In this document: one piece after another, positions 36,949 through 44,977 of the stretch
Position numbering within the stretch: the stretch's first letter is position 1
How the letters are laid out: every line of letters begins with the position of its first letter
From: a virus
Taxonomy: Duplodnaviria; Heunggongvirae; Uroviricota; Caudoviricetes
Direction: 5' to 3' (one strand)
Length of the DNA stretch: 44,977 bases
Virus record (IMG/VR): IMGVR_UViG_2563366968_000003
Notes under the pieces: generated by a model
Told to the model about the DNA's origin: nothing
What the model saw: only the letters and a program-made list of their open reading frames with translations
Databases searched by the model: none
Program-made: the position numbers and the translations under genes

Positions 36949-37367
36949 TGCGCCACGTCCTGAAAATTACCCTGATAGAAAGCCAGTATGCGCTGCATAA
37001 CTTCGCTCTTCCGGCACTCGCGACAGATTATGTTTAGGCGACTGTCGTAGCGACGTATTTCTCCGTCAGGTGATGACCAGATAAGGTCCGGATCAACCAC
37101 AGCAGGTTTCTTCACCTTTGCCCTCGAGAGTTTTTTGCGGGCGTTTTGCCAGTCCTTACGCGCCTGTTCAGAGGGGAATAACCCGTAGCCGGAGTTGTAT
37201 ACATCGCCACTGGCTACCAGCTCTCTGGCAAGAACGCTCATCAGATATCTAGTCGCACCTGTTTTAGCTTCCAGTTGCCGTAACGTCTCACGGCCGCTCT
37301 GGCGCACGAGTTCCACCACCTGCCATTTAATTTTTTCCCGCTCTTCTTGTGTAAAAACTTTTGCCAC
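36945..37367 (-). CDS. Hypothetical protein (140 aa), possible winged-helix fold, immediately after the O-like gene
   Basis: ORF in the position normally held by the helicase loader; no match to lambda P that I can recognise. Confidence 0.5.
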   Translation of the reverse strand: MAKVFTQEEREKIKWQVVELVRQSGRETLRQLEAKTGATRYLMSVLARELVASGDVYNSGYGLFPSEQARKDWQNARKKLSRAKVKKPAVVDPDLIWSSPDGEIRRYDSRLNIICRECRKSEVMQRILAFYQGNFQDVAQ

Positions 37368-37407
37368 AAGTCCCCCTTAAAATTACCTCATGACCTGAAA
37401 TCAACAC

Positions 37408-38427
37408 TTATCCTCTGAAACCAGGCGGAATTTCTGTATCCGGTTCAGAAATATGATTAACACAACGCTGTACAGGTGAACGTCCCAGGCGGATGACCAG
37501 TTCGTCCCATTTTTCGCGGAGCTTTGACGGGCTCATGATGTTTTTTACCCAGAATGGATCTCGCTGAACCCGACCAAACATTTCGCAAATTTGTCTGTGG
37601 CTTCTGCCATCCAGCATCCGCATTGTGCGCACGTCATTGGCCCAGGCAGTCCAGTTAGGCTCTTTTGGTCGCATGATCTCGCCATCATCACTGGCTGCCT
37701 GTTCGTAGAGACCCACGATCCGCCCCCAGATCCACTGCGCACACGCCAAATCCTCCCTGCTACCCCACTGGCGTTTTTTCGCACTAAACACAACCGCGTC
37801 GGAGTTCCGGGTTAAAAAATCCTGTTCAGTCGTCTGCGGGTCCGGTTGCGAAGCTTCCGGACGAAAAGTGTTTTTATTCTCTGTAGTAATCTCTGTTGTA
37901 TTCTCTGTAAGATCATCAGGCCATTTTGACCCGATGACATTGGGTCGTTTTGAACCAATGGAGCGTTTCATTTTGACCTCTTCCATCGTGTCATTTTGAC
38001 CTGATGGAGCGGCGCATTTTGAACCGATGGATTCGCTCAATTTGCCACCATCTAAAAGCTCGCTCCCATAGTTGATCGTGTAGAAATTGGTCATATCGCG
38101 CTTTGATTTATTGAGCTTTTCACAACGCAAAAGCCCCAGCGTTTTCAGACTTGCAAACGCGCGCTTTAACGTTGACTCTGACCAGAATGGGAACTGTTCC
38201 AGCCATTGTTCCGTTGTGTTATAAATCCAGCGAACACCATCACATTCCATGCCGGAGTTGGTATCTCTCAACCAGTAGTGCAGTTGTTGCAAAACAATGG
38301 CTTCGTTTAAGCCAATTTTCATTGCCAGCTGCGTGTTTATAACCAGTGGGCGTTCAGCAAAAAGAAGGCTCATAATTCCATCCAGCTTTTTGTTGGTATT
38401 GCTGTCGATACGCAAGTTTGAAAGCAA
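37408..38427 (-). CDS. Replication initiator, lambda O-like (C-terminal domain similar to O; iterons inside the gene); start may be TTG at 38427 or ATG at 38373
   Basis: C-terminus AAQWIWGRIVGLYEQAA...WANDVRTMRMLDGRSHRQICEMFGRVQRDPFWVKNIMSPSKLREKWDEL parallels the recalled lambda O C-terminus. Confidence 0.7.
   Translation of the reverse strand: MLSNLRIDSNTNKKLDGIMSLLFAERPLVINTQLAMKIGLNEAIVLQQLHYWLRDTNSGMECDGVRWIYNTTEQWLEQFPFWSESTLKRAFASLKTLGLLRCEKLNKSKRDMTNFYTINYGSELLDGGKLSESIGSKCAAPSGQNDTMEEVKMKRSIGSKRPNVIGSKWPDDLTENTTEITTENKNTFRPEASQPDPQTTEQDFLTRNSDAVVFSAKKRQWGSREDLACAQWIWGRIVGLYEQAASDDGEIMRPKEPNWTAWANDVRTMRMLDGRSHRQICEMFGRVQRDPFWVKNIMSPSKLREKWDELVIRLGRSPVQRCVNHISEPDTEIPPGFRG
37922..38060. 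repeat. Origin-type iterons: about six direct repeats of CATTTTGACC-like sequence at ~23-bp spacing inside the O-like gene
   Basis: Repeat starts near 37922, 37946, 37969, 37992, 38015 and 38039; AT-richer DNA follows. Confidence 0.6.
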
Positions 38428-38875
38428 TTGCTTTTTCTATAAGTTCGTCAGTTTCACGATCCACTACGGCAGGATCAGCAAAAAGCAGTCCGGACTCCAC
38501 CACATCGCCATATTCTTTGTTTAACCCGGCGATCATGCACGTGATGCTTTTTCCGTCAGTAATTTCACGATACAACCTGAAATCATTAATCCGGATAGCC
38601 TCCATAATTGCAGGCACTAGCGCCGTGAACTTTTCACGCTTATCCCTGGTGTCGATAGCCTTCCAGCGTTCAAATATCTTCACTCGATTAACGCCAAGCG
38701 CTCGCTGATCAATCGCGCCACCTTCATATGTGACACGCTGAACATCGATGTTCGGGCGCTCTTTCAAAGCCCAGAATGCTTCAGTGATTAATATCGTCGC
38801 CTGCTCCTGTGTCATTCCTGGTCGACATATCCAGGCATCCAGAGCCTCACGAGCCTGTTCAGGAGTGATTTTCAT
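38354..38875 (-). CDS. Hypothetical protein in the cII position (possibly YdaT-like)
   Basis: 173-aa ORF between the cro-like dicC and the O-like gene. Confidence 0.45.
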   Translation of the reverse strand: MKITPEQAREALDAWICRPGMTQEQATILITEAFWALKERPNIDVQRVTYEGGAIDQRALGVNRVKIFERWKAIDTRDKREKFTALVPAIMEAIRINDFRLYREITDGKSITCMIAGLNKEYGDVVESGLLFADPAVVDRETDELIEKAIAFKLAYRQQYQQKAGWNYEPSFC

Positions 38876-39089
38876 TGTTCAACCGCCCCGCCCGCTTCGT
38901 CTTACGATATTCATCATAAACTTTGGGATCATACTGAAGCTCCCCGCCAGATGCCTCCTGTAGACGCATCGCGCGACCTTCGGGAACTAAATCCCCTTTC
39001 CAGCTATAAAGCGAAGCCAAACGAATACCTGCTGCTTGTGCAAGTTTTGTTTTTGAACCGAAATACAAAAGAGCGTCAGTTTTAAGCAT
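38859..39089 (-). CDS. dicC: DicC, Cro-like repressor
   Basis: 76 aa MLKTDALLYFGSKTKLAQAAGIRLASLYSWKGDLVPEGRAMRLQEASGGEL. Confidence 0.85.
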   Translation of the reverse strand: MLKTDALLYFGSKTKLAQAAGIRLASLYSWKGDLVPEGRAMRLQEASGGELQYDPKVYDEYRKTKRAGRLNNENHS

Positions 39090-39099
39090 TTAAAACACC

Positions 39100-39170
39100 T
39101 TTATTGTTAGTCATAACTAACAAGATAGATGTTAACAAAAACATAGTCAATACGATTTAGCATTAGCTAA
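39100..39170. promoter_or_regulatory. dicA-dicC divergent promoter/operator region with TGTTAGT-type palindromes
   Basis: TGTTAGTCATAACTAACA near-palindrome at about 39104-39121 and TTAGCATTAGCTAAC at about 39156. Confidence 0.45.
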
Positions 39171-39172
39171 CT

Positions 39173-39580
39173 ATGGAAACAAAAAATTTAACTATCGGCG
39201 AACGCATCAGGTATCGTCGGAAAAACCTCAAACACACCCAAAGGTCTCTTGCTAAAGCCCTGAAAATCTCCCATGTGTCTGTATCACAATGGGAACGGGG
39301 TGATAGTGAACCTACAGGGAAGAACCTTTTTGCCCTCAGCAAAGTATTGCAATGCTCACCAACATGGATTCTATTTGGCGATGAAGACAAGCAACCAACA
39401 CCACCTGTTGAGAAGCCAGTTGCCTTATCCCCCAAAGAACTAGAGCTCCTTGAGCTGTTTAATGCACTGCCAGAATCAGAACAGGATACCCAGCTCGCCG
39501 AAATGCGAGCTCGAGTAAAAAACTTCAATAAACTCTTTGAAGAATTACTAAAAGCCCGTCAGCGGACAAATAAAAGATAA
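39173..39580 (+). CDS. dicA: DicA, HTH-XRE repressor of the dicB operon
   Basis: 135 aa METKNLTIGERIRYRRKNLKHTQRSLAKALKISHVSVSQWERGDSEPTGKNLFALSKVLQCSPTWILFGDE. Confidence 0.9.
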   Translation: METKNLTIGERIRYRRKNLKHTQRSLAKALKISHVSVSQWERGDSEPTGKNLFALSKVLQCSPTWILFGDEDKQPTPPVEKPVALSPKELELLELFNALPESEQDTQLAEMRARVKNFNKLFEELLKARQRTNKR

Positions 39581-39746
39581 CATCATCAATGAGTTATCTT
39601 TTACCACATCAATTATGTTAGCTATAGCATACAAAATCACTTGGCCGATATGTTAGTCATGGCTAATCTTGTTTGCATCAACACACCGCACGGTGTTCTC
39701 AGCAAACAGTTCCGCTACCCCAGCGTTAAGGGGAAATGAGGTCAGC

Positions 39747-39902
39747 ATGGATACTATCGATCTTGGCAACAACGAATCTCTGGTGTACGGCGTGTTTCCA
39801 AACCAGGACGGCACGTTCACCGCAATGACGTATACCAAAAGCAAAACGTTTAAAACCGAAAATGGTGCCCGTCGCTGGCTGGAAAGAAACTCAGGTGAGT
39901 GA
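39747..39902 (+). CDS. ydfA: YdfA-like small protein (51 aa)
   Basis: MDTIDLGNNESLVYGVFPNQDGTFTAMTYTKSKTFKTENGARRWLERNSGE. Confidence 0.7.
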   Translation: MDTIDLGNNESLVYGVFPNQDGTFTAMTYTKSKTFKTENGARRWLERNSGE

Positions 39903-39903
39903 T

Positions 39904-40032
39904 ATGGATTTCGACACAATCATGGAAAAGGCTTACGAAGAATACTTCGAAGGCCTTGCCGAAGGCGAAGAAGCTCTCAGCTTCAGTGAGTTTAAACAGG
40001 CGCTTTCCAGTTCGGCAAAATCTAACGGCTGA
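39904..40032 (+). CDS. ydfB: YdfB-like small protein (42 aa), not in ORF track
   Basis: Manual translation MDFDTIMEKAYEEYFEGLAEGEEALSFSEFKQALSSSAKSNG; starts 2 nt after the ydfA stop. Confidence 0.65.
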   Translation: MDFDTIMEKAYEEYFEGLAEGEEALSFSEFKQALSSSAKSNG

Positions 40033-40061
40033 TAAGCGAAACAGCACCGCGAGGAATCAGT

Positions 40062-40280
40062 ATGCAGAAACGAGAACCCGTCATCATCGCGCCAGACTAT
40101 ACCGATGATGAACTTTATGAGTGGATGCGCCAGAAAATTAATGCAGCGCAGGATCTGAAATGGGCTAATGAAGCCAGGGCTAAGCAGGCTGAAAATCTGT
40201 CCGCTCTGGAGCAGGATATCACCAATCTGGAAAAAGCAGCGGCATTAAGCATTGCCAGAATGATTACATACCCGCGTTAG
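40062..40280 (+). CDS. ydfC: YdfC-like protein (72 aa)
   Basis: MQKREPVIIAPDYTDDELYEWMRQKINAAQDLKWANEARAKQAENLSALEQDITNLEKAAALSIARMITYPR. Confidence 0.75.
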   Translation: MQKREPVIIAPDYTDDELYEWMRQKINAAQDLKWANEARAKQAENLSALEQDITNLEKAAALSIARMITYPR

Positions 40281-40620
40281 TAGCTAATCAACAAAGCTAA
40301 GGTTAGTAATTAAGGAGTTCTCCACGGGTGAGGTGGAGTGCGTGCGCCGGACACGGGTGCGCATCCGGAACTGACAGTTTACTGAAAGGATATTTCCCTG
40401 AAAAGTCAGACCATAACGCGAAAGCGCACGGCGAGGTAGCTGGTTCATAGATAGCCTGTCGTTAAATTTTCGTCGACCGTGCGCTTCCGGTTGTGGCAAC
40501 CCGCGAAATGGCGCGGCGGTAAGTATGGCGGGGTTATTCCTTCCCCGTTGAGGACACCGGGTTGTCAGGTTGACCATACGCTTAAGTGACAACCCCGCTG
40601 CAACGCCCTCTGTTATCAAT

Positions 40621-40673
40621 TTTCTGGTGACGTTTGGCGGTATCAGTTTTACTCCGTGACTGCTCTGCCGCCC
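40621..40673 (+). ncRNA. dicF: DicF small RNA (cell-division inhibitor sRNA) with 3' terminator hairpin
   Basis: TTTCTGGTGACGTTTGGCGGTATCAGTTTTACTCCGTGACTGCTCTGCCGCCC followed by TTTTT matches the recalled 53-nt DicF sequence. Confidence 0.85.
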
Positions 40674-40847
40674 TTTTTAAAGTGAATTTTGTGATGTGGT
40701 GAATGCGGCTGAGCGCACGCGGAACAGTTAAAACCAAAAACAGTGTTATGGGTGGATTCTCTGTATCCGGCGTTAATTGTTAACTGGTTAACGTCACCTG
40801 GAGGCACCAGGCACTGCATCACAAAATTCATTGTTGAGGACGCGATA

Positions 40848-41036
40848 ATGAAAACGTTATTACCAAACGTTAATACGTCTGAAGGTTGTTTTGAAATTGG
40901 TGTCACTATCAGTAACCCAGTATTTACTGAAGATGCCATTAACAAAAGAAAACAAGAACGGGAGCTATTAAATAAAATATGCATTGTTTCAATGCTGGCT
41001 CGTTTACGTCTGATGCCAAAAGGATGTGCACAATGA
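40848..41036 (+). CDS. dicB: DicB cell-division inhibitor (62 aa)
   Basis: MKTLLPNVNTSEGCFEIGVTISNPVFTEDAINKRKQERELLNKICIVSMLARLRLMPKGCAQ. Confidence 0.85.
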   Translation: MKTLLPNVNTSEGCFEIGVTISNPVFTEDAINKRKQERELLNKICIVSMLARLRLMPKGCAQ

Positions 41037-41224
41037 ATTCAGCATTTGTGCTTGTTCTGACAGTTTTTCTTGTTTCCGGAGAGCCAGTTGATATTGCAGT
41101 CAGTGTTCACAGGACAATGCAGGAGTGTATGACTGCAGCAACCGAACAGAAAATTCCCGGTAACTGTTACCCGGTCGATAAAGTTATTCACCAGGATAAT
41201 ATCGAAATCCCGGCAGGTCTTTAA
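41033..41224 (+). CDS. ydfD: YdfD-like single-TM small protein (63 aa); overlapping ATGA with dicB
   Basis: MNSAFVLVLTVFLVSGEPVDIAVSVHRTMQECMTAATEQKIPGNCYPVDKVIHQDNIEIPAGL. Confidence 0.75.
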   Translation: MNSAFVLVLTVFLVSGEPVDIAVSVHRTMQECMTAATEQKIPGNCYPVDKVIHQDNIEIPAGL

Positions 41225-41316
41225 AACAGTTCCGTAATAAATATCCGGTTTCATTCTTATATGCCAGCAATGGCAGGGATTTGTTCATCCTTAAATCTGT
41301 CATGAGGTTAAAACAA

Positions 41317-43788
41317 ATGAGTAAAGTCTTTATTTGCGCCGCTATTCCTGACGAACTGGCAACAAGGGAAGAAGGCGCTGTGGCTGTAGCCACAGCCATT
41401 GAAGCTGGCGACGAACGCCGTGCTCGAGCAAAATTTCACTGGCAATTCCTGGAACATTATCCGGCTGCTCAGGACTGCGCTTATAAATTTATTGTCTGCG
41501 AGGATAAACCTGGCATACCCCGCCCTGCCCTCGATTCATGGGATGCTGAATATATGCAGGAAAACCGCTGGGATGAGGAGTCTGCTTCTTTTGTCCCGGT
41601 TGAGACTGAATCCGATCCGATGAACGTCACTTTTGACAAGCTGGCCCCTGAAGTACAGAACGCTGTCATGGTTAAGTTCGACACATGTGAAAACATCACC
41701 GTTGATATGGTTATTAGCGCACAGGAATTGTTGCAGGAAGACATGGCAACATTCGACGGACATATCGTTGAAGCGTTGATGAAAATGCCAGAAGTTAACG
41801 CCATGTATCCGGAGCTTAAGTTGCATGCCATCGGGTGGGTTAAGCATAAATGTAAGCCTGGTGCCAAATGGCCCGAAATTCAGGCAGAGATGCGCATCTG
41901 GAAAAAACGTCGCGAAGGTGAACGCAAGGAAACCGGAAAATACACGTCTGTTGTTGATCTCGCCCGCGCCAGAGCCAATCAACAGTACAGTGAAAATTCA
42001 ACAGGAAAAATCAGCCCGGTCATTGCTGCCATTCATCGCGAATACAAGCAGACATGGAAAACACTGGATGACGAACTGGCCTACGCTCTCTGGCCTGGTG
42101 ATGTGGATGCCGGAAACATTGACGGCAGCATCCATCGCTGGGCAAAAAATGAAGTTATCGACAACGACCGCGAAGACTGGAAGCGTATCTCGGCATCAAT
42201 GCGCAAACAGCCTGATGCCCTTCGCTACGACCGCCAAACTATTTTTGGCCTTGTCCGTGAGCGTCCGATCGACATTCACAAAGATCCCGTAGCACTGAAC
42301 AAATATATCTGCGAATACCTGACGACAAAGGGCGTGTTTGAGAATGAAGAAACAGACCTGGGCACTGTTGATGTTCTCCAGTCATCAGAAACACAAACTG
42401 ATGCAGTGGAAACTGAGGTATCTGATATCCCAAAAAATGAAACCGCGCCGGAAGCTGAACCATCTGTAGAGCGTGAGGGGCCGTTCTATTTCCTCTTCGC
42501 AGATAAGGACGGAGAAAAATGCGGTCGCGCAAACAAACTTTCTGGTCTGGATAAGGCACTGGCTGCTGGCGCCACTGAAATCACAAAAGAAGAATATTTT
42601 GCCCGAAAAAATGGCACATACACGGGCTTACCGCAAAATGTAGATACCGCTGAAGATTCAGAACAACCAGAGCCGATAAAAGTTACCGCTGACGAAGTAA
42701 ACAAAATTATGCAGGCAGCCAATATCAGCCAGCCTGACGCCGATAAGTTGCTTGCTGCATCACGTGGTGAATTTGTTGAAGGGATTAGTGACCCGAATGA
42801 TCCGAAATGGGTTAAGGGGATCCAGACCCGCGATTCTGTGAACCAGAACCAGCATGAATCGGAACGGAACTACCAAAAAGCGGAACAAAACAGCCCAAAT
42901 GCGTTACAAAACGAGCCAGAAACGAAACAGCCTGAACCAGTGGCGCAACAGGAAGTGGAAAAAGTCTGCACCGCCTGCGGTCAGACCGGCGGCGGCAACT
43001 GCCCTGATTGTGGCGCGGTGATGGGCGACGCAACATACCAGGAAACATTCGATGAAGAGTATCAGGTTGAAGTTCAGGAAGATGATCCGGAGGAAATGGA
43101 AGGCGCTGAACATCCACACAAGGAGAACACTGGCGGCAATCAGCATCACGATAGCGATAATGAAACTGGCGAGACGGCAGATCGCTCAATTAAGGTGAAC
43201 GGTCATCACGAAATCACATCCACCAGCAGGACGTGTGACCATCTAATGATCGACCTTGAAACCATGGGAAAAAATCCTGATTCCCCGATCATCTCAATAG
43301 GTGCAATATTTTTCGATCCGCAAACCGGAGATATGGGACCGGAATTTAGTAAGACTATCGATCTGGAAACTGCTGGCGGAGTCATTGATCGGGACACCAT
43401 TAAATGGTGGCTTAAGCAATCACGCGAAGCGCAATCTGCCATTATGACCGATGAAATCCCGTTAGATGATGCACTGTTACAATTGCGGGAATTTATCGAC
43501 GAAAACTCCGGTGAATTTTTTGTTCAGGTTTGGGGAAATGGAGCCAACTTCGACAACACGATTTTGCGCCGTTCATACGAACGGCAGGGGATCCCCTGCC
43601 CGTGGCGTTACTACAACGATCGCGATGTACGCACAATCGTTGAGCTGGGGAAAGCCATAGACTTCGATGCCAGAACGGCTATTCCATTCGAAGGTGAGCG
43701 CCATAATGCACTTGATGACGCCCGTTACCAGGCAAAATACGTTTCAGTTATCTGGCAAAAACTGATCCCGAGTCAGGCTGATTCTTAA
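41317..43788 (+). CDS. Large protein with internal zinc ribbon and C-terminal DEDDh-type 3'-5' exonuclease domain, in the recombination-gene position (YdfE-like N-terminus); start at 41281 or 41317
   Basis: MIDLETMGK (Asp-x-Glu motif), GNGANFD and HNALDDARYQ motifs at the C-terminus; CTACGQTGGGNCPDCG zinc ribbon; ORF 41281-43788. Confidence 0.7.
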   Translation: MSKVFICAAIPDELATREEGAVAVATAIEAGDERRARAKFHWQFLEHYPAAQDCAYKFIVCEDKPGIPRPALDSWDAEYMQENRWDEESASFVPVETESDPMNVTFDKLAPEVQNAVMVKFDTCENITVDMVISAQELLQEDMATFDGHIVEALMKMPEVNAMYPELKLHAIGWVKHKCKPGAKWPEIQAEMRIWKKRREGERKETGKYTSVVDLARARANQQYSENSTGKISPVIAAIHREYKQTWKTLDDELAYALWPGDVDAGNIDGSIHRWAKNEVIDNDREDWKRISASMRKQPDALRYDRQTIFGLVRERPIDIHKDPVALNKYICEYLTTKGVFENEETDLGTVDVLQSSETQTDAVETEVSDIPKNETAPEAEPSVEREGPFYFLFADKDGEKCGRANKLSGLDKALAAGATEITKEEYFARKNGTYTGLPQNVDTAEDSEQPEPIKVTADEVNKIMQAANISQPDADKLLAASRGEFVEGISDPNDPKWVKGIQTRDSVNQNQHESERNYQKAEQNSPNALQNEPETKQPEPVAQQEVEKVCTACGQTGGGNCPDCGAVMGDATYQETFDEEYQVEVQEDDPEEMEGAEHPHKENTGGNQHHDSDNETGETADRSIKVNGHHEITSTSRTCDHLMIDLETMGKNPDSPIISIGAIFFDPQTGDMGPEFSKTIDLETAGGVIDRDTIKWWLKQSREAQSAIMTDEIPLDDALLQLREFIDENSGEFFVQVWGNGANFDNTILRRSYERQGIPCPWRYYNDRDVRTIVELGKAIDFDARTAIPFEGERHNALDDARYQAKYVSVIWQKLIPSQADS

Positions 43789-43860
43789 TGTTCAACTGTC
43801 GCCGGTTGTGACTGGTATTCTGCAACCGGCGCTCGTCTGATGTAAGAGATAAAGAAATCG

Positions 43861-44112
43861 ATGAGCGAAGTAATCATGATTGTCTCTCCCGGCAAATGGG
43901 TATCCGAAGAGCAGTTAATTGCGCTGAAAGGAATAAAAAAAGGTACGTTAAAAAAGGCCCGGGAAAAATCGTTTATGGAAGGAAGGGAATATAAGCATGT
44001 CGCTCATGACGGTATGCCATGGGATAACAGTCCATGCTTTTACAACCTAGAAGAAATTGATCGCTGGATTGAGCGCCAGGCATCAGCGAGACCAAGACGT
44101 CATCTTACTTGA
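43861..44112 (+). CDS. xis: Excisionase-like DNA-binding protein
   Basis: 83 aa with EGREYKHV...FYNLEEIDRWIE resembling the lambda Xis DGREYLF region; directly upstream of int. Confidence 0.6.
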   Translation: MSEVIMIVSPGKWVSEEQLIALKGIKKGTLKKAREKSFMEGREYKHVAHDGMPWDNSPCFYNLEEIDRWIERQASARPRRHLT

Positions 44113-44131
44113 CTAAAAGCCACACTAACTA

Positions 44132-44779
44132 ATGAGAGAAGTTGAAATGAAATATCCGACAGGCGTGGAAAACCATGGAGGGAAATTACGTATCTGGTTT
44201 GTTTATAAAGGCGTAAGAGTCAGGGAAAATCTGGGGGTTCCTGACACAGCAAAAAACAGGCGCGTTGCAGGTGAACTACGCTCCTCTGTTTGTTACGCAA
44301 TAAAAACTGGTGTTTTCGACTATGCAAAACAGTTTCCCTCCTCACGCAATCTGGAAAAATTTGGTGAGGCCCGACAAGATTTAACCATAAAAGAACTGGC
44401 TGAAAAATTTCTGGCACTGAAAGAAACTGAAGTCGCCAAAACATCACTCAACACATACCGTGCCGTCATCAAAAATATCCTGAGCATAATCGGTGAAAAA
44501 AATCTTGCCTCATCGATTAATAAAGAAAAATTACTGGAGATTCGTAAAGAGCTACTGACTGGATACCAGATCCCCAAAAGTAACTATATTGTTACACAAC
44601 CAGGGAGATCGGCTGTAACTGTAAATAATTACATGACAAATCTTAACGCCGTGTTCCAGTTTGGTGTTGATAACGGTTACCTGGCAGATAATCCGTTTAA
44701 GGGGATCTCGCCATTAAAGGAATCAAGAACCATTCCGGATCCTCTTTCGCGGGAGGAATTTATCCGTCTTATCGGGTGA
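44132..44779 (+). pseudogene. int: Tyrosine integrase, N-terminal ~215 aa only; truncated by IS1 insertion (stop codon supplied by the IS1 end)
   Basis: MKYPTGVENHGGKLRIWFVYKGVRVRENLGVPDT arm-binding/core-binding N-terminus; ORF ends in GGTGATGCTGCC of IS1. Confidence 0.8.
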
Positions 44780-44977
44780 TGCTGCCAACTTACTGATTTA
44801 GTGTATGATGGTGTTTTTGAGGTGCTCCAGTGGCTTCTGTTTCTATCAGCTGTCCCTCCTGTTCAGCTACTGACGGGGTGGTGCGTAACGGCAAAAGCAC
44901 CGCCGGACATCAGCGCTATCTCTGCTCTCACTGCCGTAAAACATGGCAACTGCAGTTCACTTACACCGCTTCTCAAC
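44775..44977 (+). mobile_element. insA: IS1, partial copy cut by window end (left inverted repeat and start of insA)
   Basis: GGTGATGCTGCCAACTTACTGATTTAGTGTATGATGGTGTTTTTGAGGTGCTCCAGTGGCTTCTG; insA reading frame (M)[42 protein letters not shown] begins at GTG 44830. Confidence 0.9.

Noticed and set aside
37922-38060. Possible CRISPR-like or tRNA-like repeats
   Set aside because: About 23-bp direct repeats without spacers, inside an initiator gene; origin iterons
40284-40619. 111-aa minus-strand ORF between ydfC and dicF
   Set aside because: Antisense to the dicB operon transcript, within the structured leader that is processed to release DicF

Overview
The window lies entirely inside a defective lambdoid prophage of an Escherichia coli-type genome, read here from the tail end (left) to the integrase end (right). 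Positions 190-20873 (minus strand) carry a near-complete lambda-like morphogenesis cluster: stf (truncated by IS5), lom, J, I, K, L, M, H, G/T with its frameshift site, V, U, Z, FII, FI, E, D, C, B, W, A and Nu1, followed by an intact joined cos at about 21051-21062. To the right of cos the content matches the Qin-type cryptic prophage as I recall it from E. coli K-12: ydfO-like, gnsB, ynfN, cspI, the Rz/Rz1-lysozyme-ydfR-holin lysis cassette, cspB, cspF, a Q antiterminator, ydfU, rem, hokD, relE/relB, flxA, an O-like replication initiator with in-gene iterons, dicC/dicA, ydfABC, the DicF sRNA, dicB, ydfD, a large exonuclease-domain protein, xis and a truncated int. Five IS copies are present: a partial IS5 at the left edge, an IS903-group element with 9-bp target duplications, an rve-type transposase gene of unresolved family, a complete IS5 with TTAG duplications, and a partial IS1 at the right edge. 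The prophage looks immobilised: int is cut by IS1, stf by IS5, the portal gene B carries an in-frame TAG, and the region between the O-like gene and the complete IS5 is decayed. I found no CRISPR array, tRNA or rRNA, and no convincing novel defence system. The items most worth follow-up are the 835-aa DEDD-exonuclease/zinc-ribbon protein, the portal amber codon, an unannotated small membrane protein between two IS elements, the unclassified transposase, and the replication module that lacks a helicase loader. All gene and family names rest on my reading of the translated ORFs and recalled sequences; no database search was run.
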